NCBI GenBank assembly: GCA_051294905.1
Contig: CM119372.1
Coordinates: forward strand, 5,239,001 to 5,272,000
DNA: 33,000 bases
From: Botryllus schlosseri
Lineage: Eukaryota
Reading direction: 5' to 3'
This document shows, piece by piece, positions 11,393-21,422 of this stretch (position 1 is the stretch's first letter; every line of letters starts with the position of its first letter). A model generated the notes under the pieces. That model did not search any database, was not told the DNA's origin, and was given only the letters and a program-made list of their open reading frames with translations. Position numbers and translations under genes: made by a program.

Positions 11393-14300
11393 TTAACGCC
11401 CAGGGGCATCACTGGCCATTCTAATCATCTGTGGAGCGGCTCCCGAATTCATGCGAATCATCGATGGCGCCATGTTCGAACTTGCTTGATAAGATGGGGC
11501 CGCATTACCGACGTTATATGAAGCGAGTTGCACTGCACGAAAAACAACAGTTATGAGCACATCCTTCAGAGAAGGCAGCCCTGCGCCTAGCATAGTGGTC
11601 AGGTCACCAATCAGGGGGAATATCAGCTAATAGGGCGGCATTTTAGGATCTGACGTTGGCATTGTGAATCACTTCATTGGGGTAAGGTACAGCTGGACTC
11701 ACCAAATTTCTCGTGGTCTGTCTGGCAGCACTGTAAACTTTAAACTAGTTCCTTCCCAATGTATTCCTTTATAAAGTATGAAGTATGTTTAAATTCTATT
11801 AAAAACTTCCATTAAAAGAAATTCATCAACCCCCCATGTCGAAACCGCCATGTTTTTAAACTAGTTCAGTTGTGCTAGAAATGAAATTCGCGACAGCCTC
11901 TAAATCAAAACGGGAAAACTTTATGCCAACGACAGTGCACCAAGTGTTAAATAATGAGACCAAATTCGCCAGCAGTACCGTACCGCAGTGTAAGGCGAAA
12001 AAATGTCGAAAAAGTTCTGGCATCTCTCTCCTAGAGCTTTCAAGCCGCGGAGCCCGCCATATCCGTTAGTCAACGGGTGCTTGCCAGGGAAGTATGGCCC
12101 TTTTTAGTCATGGTAATTCATACGGAGAATTTCGGCTCACATATGAGCTGACGGGGTTCACGACACGAAAAAGGTTGGGAACCACTGGCCTAGCATGTCA
12201 TTCTGCACTGCAGTCCCGTTGACGAAAATCAACCACATATGTACAACGTACAATGTACATGTAAATGACACCCCATCACTGGACCCAGCATCTCAAGCTA
12301 AATTTTGTTATCGCACTAGCCTGGCCGGGACAATTCGACTTCGCTGGTCTCTGGACTTTTGCCGTATTTGTCAACTCTCATGCCGGCGTTATGAAATGGT
12401 AATAACTGTAGTTTTCGACGAGTACGAACACAAACCTGGTTCTGGTTCAATCTTCATAGCCGCGACGATTGGCTGCGACTTCGGCACTGCGTTTACAAAA
12501 TCGAACCATTAAAGACATAATCATATCAATGGTTTCTATTAGGGTTGCATTTAAAACAAACGACGTTTTAAAACGCTTTGTTTTAAACACATGTTTTAAA
12601 CAGTATTAAAAAAAAGACCTTTTAAAAAAAAATTGTGTTTTTTTAAGTTGTAAAATTATCCCATAATTGTGTAAATACTTCACAAAAACATGTTGTATGA
12701 GCCTATACGGACAATTACTACCCGATGTAGCCGACGTATATCGATATGGGAGGGTTGGAACACATAAAAATAGTCTGTTAAAGAGCAATAGCACATATAT
12801 TTAGTCAAAAGAGGTATTTTTACCCTATTTTTTCAATTGTCAATGCCAATCCACTGTGACGTCACAATTGAATATTCGTGACGTCATGGCTTTAAAAAAA
12901 ACATAAAAAAAAAAGGGCCTTGTTTTAACCCTTACGAGGTGGGGCCATATTTCGCAGAATTGACCTTCACTTTTCAAATTCTCACCGTGACCCCACCAGG
13001 TCTTGAATCTGGGCCTTTCCAGTTTAAAAGTGTGCGGAGTATAGCCCTCTACCGATTCCACCCTTGATCGACACCCCATGACATGTCTGAGGTTTTTTAA
13101 TAAGTTTAAATAAACAAGCTTTTCCCCAAAAAAACTCTCTCTCTCTCTCAATTTTCAAGGCTGACCCTCAGGATGGCGTCAGAGAGAGGAATGTGATGCT
13201 TCAGTGCGTAGCCACTGTTGCCTGGTTTCAAACAAGCCGTCAACCATGGTTGTAAACCGCGCGGTTCGTCAGATATCGAAAAATGGAAAATACATATAAA
13301 ATTTACAAATGGGCGTGGTCAGTGAGTGGTCATCAAGGTCAAGTTCATGATCAAGACTCAATCGGCCCCTGCAGTCCGGTTTATGGCATAAAACAACGCG
13401 ATATGCTTTCTTTTGTCATATCCAACCATTTGCCGGCATAGTAAACCTGTTTATGACTCTGAATTTGCACTTGAACTTGACCTAGATCTTGAAAATCATT
13501 GAAGCGTGACCAAAATTTACAAATCCCCCTCAGAAAACTCCAGAAAACGTTTTGATGTTTGAAACGGTGAAAATTTACATAGAAAACCGTACATGTCGAC
13601 TTCTGATGTTCTGGCAGATTTTCCGACAATATTTCCCACTCGGAAAATATCCGGAAGTTTTAGGTGATAACCGTATTTTATTTTATTTTTTAATTTTTGT
13701 TTATTTTTACAAACCAAAATTTTTGAGTAAGGTACTTAATACATCGGAAAAGTCTCAACTTTTCAAAAAATGTAGTACCCGATGTTAAGGGCGTGTCAAC
13801 ATGGAGAAATCGGTGTCGGAGACATGCCATATCAAATATGATACGCCCACCTCGTAAGTGTTAAACATGTTTGTTTTAAATTGATTTTTGTTTTAAATGC
13901 AACCATAGTTTCTATACACACTAACGCCATAATACTTCAAATATGATTTTCCAATACAAGGAACTAGTTTTAATATCGAAGCAGCAAGTGGCCGAACTGG
14001 ACCAAACGCAGCATATTTAGCTGTATAATGTATATTCGGACGAAAGGCGCGATGTGGTGTAGGCCTATAATTACAAGGACGTATAACGACTGTACTGTAT
14101 ACTGTACAAGTACACATGGGCTGCTAAGCCATACTAGTTCACGTATGCAAATATCGAGTGTAATCATTTGAATACGAAATTGTTCACTTCACATTTTACA
14201 ATAGACGAAACGATTGTGTTACATACCCTCCTTCTGGAATGCTGTAAGCGGTCGGGCTGTCGTTGATGTCATAACGAGCGTCTGGGGGTGAGCGAAAGCT

Positions 14301-17300
14301 GCAATAGTGCAATAGGATGGTAAGGATGGTAAATCACAATACGTAAACGAATACTTCAAGTAGAGGTACTAAATGTGACATTACTGTTGGCCAACTATAA
14401 AGATTCTACCGCACACTAAAATTTTATGCAAAGCCTATTCCTATTCGCAAATACCTGATGTCATATAAGTAATCGGATGAGGTTGCGGATGCGGGAAAGA
14501 TGGCAGTAGGCCTACCGGACGATGAGGAATCGGAACAACATGTGAGGATGTCTGGTGAAATTTCGACGGTGCTGTAATAGGACAATTTCATGCATAATGA
14601 ATGCATAAACAATAAACATGCTATTTCGCCTCCCCATTTTACACAAATTCCCAATATATCTATATCTTATAGTAGGCTTTCCTGCCTTTGCAACTATAGA
14701 CATAATTGTTGATACCGGTTAATGAAACTGGCCGAATCATGCGCGTTTCGGTATCACAATTCACATTCATCTGTCTCTATACATAGATACACGTTATTTC
14801 ATAAATTAAATACTGCATGGTCGTTTATGGCTATGTGCTAAACCTAACAGAGGTTTCGTAATCGCAAATACCTGGCTGCACACTAATCATCGGGTGAAGA
14901 TGCGCAAATGGGTCTGATATCGCTACCGGACTCTCAGGAATTGGCGCGACTTGTGAAGGTGTCTTGTCGGATTTCGTCAGAGCGCCGATCATCTCAGACA
15001 CTGCAACAAAATGATTATACAGGCACAAGTAATAAGAATGTTATTTTATTTTGACGAAAATTTCCAATTTGTGCCCAGTTGACCCGCAGCTCACTTTCCC
15101 GTATTCAGGGAGACATGCAGAAATTCGCATCGCCAGATGAACTTGGTTAATCAGATAGATTTGAATAATGTGTGATTATCATAAATAATGTTCAGCTGTA
15201 GCCTACTACCATTTTCATCCGCTCAAGAAAAATAGTGTAAGATTAAATAACTGACCATTAACATCTTCGTCGCCGAGCTCAATGTTAGTCAGTCGACAGT
15301 CCGCTTTCAATTCAGCAATCTTGGAGCTCAGCGGATCCATGCACAGGGGTAGATCTCTCACTGGTCAGAAAATAGAAATTTAAAAGAACATGTTTATTGT
15401 GAGGTTTCGGTCTGTAGTAAGCCGATATAGACCAGTGCAATCGACTATTATTATCTGTCCGCTATAAGACGCTACTGCCTACATTTCAGTTCAATATCAA
15501 CATCAGTTAATCTACTCCCTAGCCAGGGGAGATAGTGTAGATGGCCCGGGTTCAATTCCACGTTGGAGGTTATTATGGGCTCCTCACGCGTCGCTGTTCT
15601 TACGGCAACCAAAAAGCCCGGAAAAAGACCCGATGGAAAAGCGCACTCACAAAGGATGGAAAGAGCAAGATAGAACCGCGGAAAGGAGACTAACTTCGAA
15701 AGAGGAACTGTGACATCGGGCACTAGGCCGAGGTGGATGCCAGATACCGTGACTGGTCGTTCGGCATCATCCTATCTGTTCATTACACCGCATTGTGTCT
15801 TATCGCATTGTACATTGTCTGACGGTCATTGATTATAGAATAACTCGAACACGCACAATTACGTTCAATATTGCACGGAATCGTGGCAGACATGTGAATT
15901 CGCGATCGTCTAAGGACGTATTGCCATAGCCAAACGCTTAAAATATGACTACTTCTTGGGACATTGAATAGGCGGTGAAGGGTGCAGTCAAACATCCCAC
16001 GCAGCAATCATGCACTGAAGATGAAAGCAACCTGCACCCACATTTTTTTATCTTCTTTCCCAGCTTTTTCCATCCCGTAAGTTTGCTTGAAGCGCTCTTC
16101 CTGTTTGACAAGTCTTTTATTGCATGCTCTAAAACGTAAATTGAGATTGCATGAAGCTGCATAACTAAGGGAACTTCGCAACATCACAAACCGGTCAGCA
16201 CTTTGTCAGCCGCGGAGCCCGCTAGCAGACCGACGAATATTTTTTCAACAACGTCGTCACCAACTTTCGAGAAACCGTCCTTGGCATCTGAACGAAAACA
16301 TGATGCGCCAACAATTTAAGCATATCTTATACAGGACAACGATTATCTTCATGTAACTGGGAGGCTCAAGCTTAACATGAGCTTTTTGTCGATGGCTCCC
16401 GTCAAGTAACTTTCACACGGACTACGAATCGCAATAGTATTATGTATATCGAGTTAACGAAAATATGTAGAGAAAATATCAAGCGTCTCGCTAGCCTGGC
16501 TACTAATAACCCACATTTGTTTCAAACAGCACTCGCCTAACGTAGCCTACGTCCACGTGCGACCAACCAGTTTTCTACAGATGCTATGTACTTGCTATAG
16601 TTTATTGAGAATAAAATACACCAGTGCTTCCCGCGAAGAATTTCTAAATGTTTTCTATTCAATTTTCTAAATACCTTATCTTCTCGCGATTAGACGAGCA
16701 AATACAGTACACGTTCTCCTCTAAATTAAATTGTTAATGCTCCCATAAGCGCCGCAAGCCACATTCACCCGCTTAAATTCGTGGGCCTGATTTTCGTGAC
16801 GGTCATTTCGATTGGAGCGCGACATTGAAAAATGAAAAGTGTGTTATTGTGTATTCCTGAGAATTGAAATTCATTTCTTCTTATTAGGCGTTGTGAGCGT
16901 TGATCGGGATAAGCAGCAACCCAGACCGATATTATTGCTGCGACGAGCAGACAGTTGCCGTGACGCAAGCTACTCTGAAGCTGAACCCCTTTGTGTTCGA
17001 CGTAGAAGACGAATTTGTGATTGGATTTGCGCTTTCTCGTTTGTAATCACTAACACGACATGTATTCCTGTCTTCTTGAAACACTCGTATTCCCGAATTG
17101 TGGCAAAATGTCGTTTGTCGGCGTTTTCGCTACTCACATGACGCATTGTGCGTTGAATTATGTTGTCTTAAATTTGGTCATATCTGATTGTGGGTCGCAA
17201 AATTATTCTTGGTTAAAGGTAGGTTGCGAACTGAAAAAGGTTTGAGAGCACTATGCTCTACATACACCACATGCAAAATCCGGCAGCTAGCAGTCAATTA

Positions 17301-20300
17301 ATCGTGTCCACTGTCCACTATCTCATCATTACATACATTTTGCAATTCCAGCTGTTGGATCTGCATCGCGGGCAATCAACCAGCACTTAGTGGCCGCTTC
17401 TTTGTTCTTTTTATTATCAGTGGTACCGTCAATTGACACAGGAAAGTTAGAATCTGTTGTAAAAGAATGTAACTATTACTTGACCAATGACTTATCAGCA
17501 TCGTCACTGAAATAACAAACTAATCATATATCTTCTACGGAAATAAAATGCATTGTCTGACAATAGCAATTATAGCAGGTAATTGTTTAGGGAAGGGAAG
17601 GTAGCAAACCTACGGCTATGGTCCATATGCCTAATCTATACCATACCTTTCAATGCTTCACGATATCTTTGTGGAACAAGACGGATAAACAAGTCCGAAT
17701 AGGCACTTCCAGACGCTCCCTTGTATTCTGATTTTGAAAGCGAATCGAAATCAATTATACATCAGTGGAATGCTATCCAAATCTCACTTTTATTAGGGTC
17801 GGTTGACTTCTGTCCATTCCAGGAATACGTTCGCATGTAAACGATCGTAGTATTGAAGAATTGCTGTAAATTCTCATCCCGAAAGCCAGGTAGTCCGGCG
17901 TGGTCGTACGCTTTCAAGTTCCCGCCGCACATGTGAAATACCTGGCCCAATTTATTTCGTTCGTCGGTGCAGTGTTTAGTCAGGAGACATTTTCCGCTTG
18001 TGCACAAATAGGACGATCTGAAGTCGCATGCGTCCGTCAAGACTCTGTTTCGAATCCGCTAAATGTGGAAAATGCAATGTTGAATAGAAAGAGACGTATT
18101 TTCCTATGAGTGAACATTACTAGCCTATAGGTAAATTAGTTCAATTAGATACGTCCAAACACGATTACAGCATTTACAAAGTTTACGAACCTCGGTCTCT
18201 GATTGGCTATATAAGGAACGTTCTTCCATGGCCGCCTGTGATGACAATACGTCTTAAATGCGACGGGCACGTTACTGAAGAAATGAATTTACCTTGATCT
18301 TTGACTCTGAAAACGCGTCATTGACCTGGAAATCAAAATGAATTCAGGTCATGAGGGCTATTCTCTGAAATATTGAATTGTGATGAGATTCCACGATTCG
18401 AATCGACAATTATTTCAGTTCAAACATATTCCAAAGTAGCAAATCTCCACGATATGAATTTGCATCAGCATCAGTGTACGGCTGCAGGCTATCCTCACAT
18501 AATGCAAAAGCTACCATGAAGTTATAAGATGACACTTGTCATCAAAATAGTAATTCCTCGTGATGAATTACCTAAATATAGTCATACGGCTACTTACGGT
18601 AAATTTCGCTGTTTTGGACGAAAGAAGCTCCAATGCCAACATTCCTGGTGATGATATCTAAGGTATTCAATACAACATTGAGTAGCCTATATTGTCAATT
18701 AACGAAAAATTGCGAATTTTCTCAGTCTGCTAATTGACAAGTTATGGATTGTAATCAGAATTCTGCTGTCACTAAAGGTATGTAATATAGATTGATAGAA
18801 TCAACGACCAAACGGCTACAATAGAGTGTATAGGCCTTAATAGTCTTTGTGTCATGCCATGTTTGTTATTTGCATAGCATAAAGCTCAAAAGATGTATAT
18901 GGGTTATATTTTAATATGTAAATATGTCTAAGCAATGTCTAATGTCACCAACAAAAAAAGCTACCGCCACCAACCGCGCACTGCTCACAATATAATATGG
19001 ATTGATTTATCGCCGTACTACTATGTTATGCTGAACTCACGTCGCATCGTTCCTTGGATATCTGAAAATGGAATGTTTAAATGAATTATATTTGCAAAGA
19101 TTTGGGATATATGCCATATCCCCGTAACAAGGTATATTTGAAAAGACCTATTGATTTTTGAAAGACTATCCATGTAGCATAAACGTCTCTACTAGAATTA
19201 ATGATAGTATGCGATATATGGAACCCTGACGCACACGCTCAGTCGGTATATCGGTAATTCCCTCTAAGGGTGAAATATATTTAACAATCACGTGACCTGT
19301 CTTGAGCATTGTTCCCTCTAATTTTGACGAGACTGCGCACACTCACCAACTCACTGCGAATACCCTTAGACAACAGTGCTTAACGACTGATAAATGGTCA
19401 TCCCTTCGGATCTTTTGTGCGCCACTTAGAATATCTTTGCACAGAGACCGTGTCAGCACTGCGCATTTGCGCACGCGCGCAGCTTAGAGGGAACATTGTT
19501 CATGGATCTATTTCGAAGTACTTAAGGTGTATAATGGAAATTAACTGAGGGGCATGGCATTTTCGCTACTCTGGCGGCATTAGGGGTAATTTTACAATAC
19601 CCGGCCCTCGGAGTAGCCTACATCATGCTGATAGTAATATATCAGTTATAACGAGATCATATCACTTTGCAGTCTACCGTGTTTCAACTTTTGTTATATT
19701 TTGTTGATAGACGCAAATAAGATTAAATACCACTTACCCATTTTTGAACATGAATGTCCACCATGGAGTCTCCCTGTATGAATTGGAATGAAGACTAATA
19801 TTTAAAAAAATTGTACTTCCCGAAATCGTTAATGTTTTTCATACACATGCATTACCCAACAGTAAGTTATGAATAAAGAGAATGACTCACCCCCGGACTG
19901 TTGTAATTACAATCAGCCTGTAAAGCAATGGTAAACGGATAGTCATTGGTTTTACGGGCTAGGCTGTGATGTATTGGTGAAAAAGTGGCGATAAATGCTG
20001 CTATCCCAAATGAAATAGGAAATAAACAGATTTTTATCATTTTGATGATGATTTCCAGCAAAACACCTGATGAAGGACGTAAAGAAGGAGCTAAGGAAAC
20101 GCCTTCAATTGGTCTTTCTACATCCTGATATCGGTTCGTTACATGGTATTGTGTCTGATGTAGGCCTATCACATTGTGCGTCTTGAGCGGAGGAAAATAT
20201 AAAATTCTATGCGATTAAATCGCACATGAATCGGTTATTTGAGGTGCACGAATGATTTCTGCAGACGAAATCAAAATGTAATCAACTTCTATTACGAATC

Positions 20301-20571
20301 GTTAGCTGTCGCATAACGATGACTGCACGAAGTCCAACTGCCAATCCAGCCTATCTGAGCTAGCGGTGTCTTACACAAAACTCCGGAATAACAGTTGGCC
20401 GTGCTACAATACGGGTGTAAAATGTCCAGAGGTGTCGGAACTCAACAACATAACATCAACGGCAACCTACCGCGAACCATTTCAATATAGCAGTATGTAA
20501 AATATTTGGTAACTCACTTGTACTTGGACAAGAAGGGCTACCAAGCTCACGGCAACCAGAGCTGTATCCAT
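11393..20571 (-). CDS. Uncharacterised secreted protein (~600 aa), 20 coding exons: 20571-20518, 19917-19891, 19773-19738, 19061-19041, 18657-18598, 18325-18293, 18058-17788, 17727-17647, 17453-17337, 16287-16192, 16128-16042, 15936-15863, 15771-15651, 15593-15483, 15360-15256, 15000-14872, 14571-14455, 14298-14227, 12486-12436, 11532-11393
   Basis: The hand-spliced model is stop-free (1803 nt) with GT-AG introns throughout, many with strong donors (GTGAGT, GTAAGT, GTATGT). It begins MDTALVAVSLVALLVQVQA^DC (signal-like). A Cys-containing region (CDFRSSYLCTSGKCLLTKHC) precedes a globular middle and a Pro/His/Ser-rich tail ending QMIRMASDAPGR*. Individual small exons are less certain than the overall gene. 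Confidence 0.75.
11593..12187. mobile_element. hAT non-autonomous element (intronic)
   Basis: Right TIR GGTTGGGAACCACTG; degenerate left end TAGTGGT. Perfect TSD GCCTAGCA at 11585-11592 and 12188-12195. Confidence 0.75.
12540..13907. mobile_element. hAT non-autonomous element (intronic)
   Basis: TIRs TAGGGTTGCATTTAAAACAAA / TTTGTTTTAAATGCAACCATA (20/21). Perfect TSD GTTTCTAT at 12532-12539 and 13908-13915. Confidence 0.92.
12929..13860. mobile_element. piggyBac-type MITE nested in the 12540-13907 element
   Basis: TTAA TSD at 12925-12928 and 13861-13864. TIRs CCCTTACGAGGTGGG / CCCACCTCGTAAGTG (14/15). Confidence 0.85.
16850..17253. mobile_element. Truncated hAT (Charlie/Buster-like) 3' end
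   Basis: The terminus AAAAAGGTTTGAGAGCACTA resembles the 12187 and 1319 termini. No matching left end or TSD was found, so the left boundary is arbitrary. Confidence 0.4.
19307..19498. mobile_element. hAT-type MITE (intronic)
   Basis: TIRs CATTGTTCCCTCTAA / TTAGAGGGAACATTG (14/15). TSD not conserved. Confidence 0.7.
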
Positions 20572-21042
20572 AATCTCTGGCTTGGAATACCATGTGTCAC
20601 TCAACTATTCTGAAAGACAGTTTTGCGACTACCACCCCCGGCAATACGTATATATGCGCAATATCAATATAGAGAATGAACTAGTGGACAGTACCGTCGT
20701 TCTTTGTATTTAGGGGCATGATTCGAAAATAGAACTAAGAACAATACGTTGCTCGCGTTACTGATGGAATTGAAGCAATTAATATAAAGCATGACCTGGA
20801 AAGCCTAGTGCTGGTAACTATAACGACAAACATAAAAATTCACGGGAACTGGTTTTCTTAGGCACACTATACAACAGTCGCTCCGCAATTCGATTCATTA
20901 ATTCTTCGCAAACCTGGCAACCGCGTTACTTTATAACGAGTAGCGACTCGAGCCGTTCCGATGTTTGACACCTGACTATATCTATTTCCGTGCGCACACA
21001 ATCTACACATATAATCCATCCCAGTTCATTATAAACCATCTC

Positions 21043-21048
21043 TTTATT
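21043..21048 (-). promoter_or_regulatory. Candidate polyadenylation signal of KIAA0753
   Basis: AATAAA on the minus strand, ~375 nt downstream of the stop codon at 21423. Confidence 0.35.
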
Positions 21049-21422
21049 ACAAAAGAACACGAAATAGACAATCTGCCAGCTATTACACTAGATATAATAA
21101 AATATCGCAATCCTCTAACGCAGGCGGTAGCGTGAGCCCCCTAAAATCTACGTACGTTCACAAAATTAGGAGTAAAAATTTGGTAAGGCCACGACTAAAA
21201 AGAAGGTCCTGTTCAGCCCTCGTGACGACTAGTTAAGTCAAAAAACCAGGGTAGATGTTACAAATAATCGACAATGTAGCCTCATCTTATAGCTCACAGA
21301 TGTGCTTTCAACATAGGTCTTTCATGGACCCCTTATATAGTTTATAGATGAGCTTTCAACGTAGGATTTTCACTGAGCCCATAAAACTAGTACGCGGAGT
21401 CCAGTTTAATAACGCTTGCAGT

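Noticed and set aside
13970-14065. Alternative terminal exon GLHHIAPF...RY*
   Set aside because: Exons 12486-12436 and 11532-11393 continue the frame with good splice sites and composition matching the tail.
16010-16128. PHD/CW-finger-like reading ACNKRL...KKMWVQ
   Set aside because: The frame is incompatible with the flanking exon phases, hits a stop, and has no following Cys/His pattern.
17728-17787. In-frame TGA followed by Cys as a possible selenocysteine
   Set aside because: The TGA lies in a 60-nt GT-AG intron (gtgaga...aatcag) whose removal keeps the frame.
19918-20172. 101-aa listed ORF as one large exon
   Set aside because: Only its last 27 nt before the GTGAGT donor follow a strong acceptor (gctttacag) in the required phase; the rest appears intronic.
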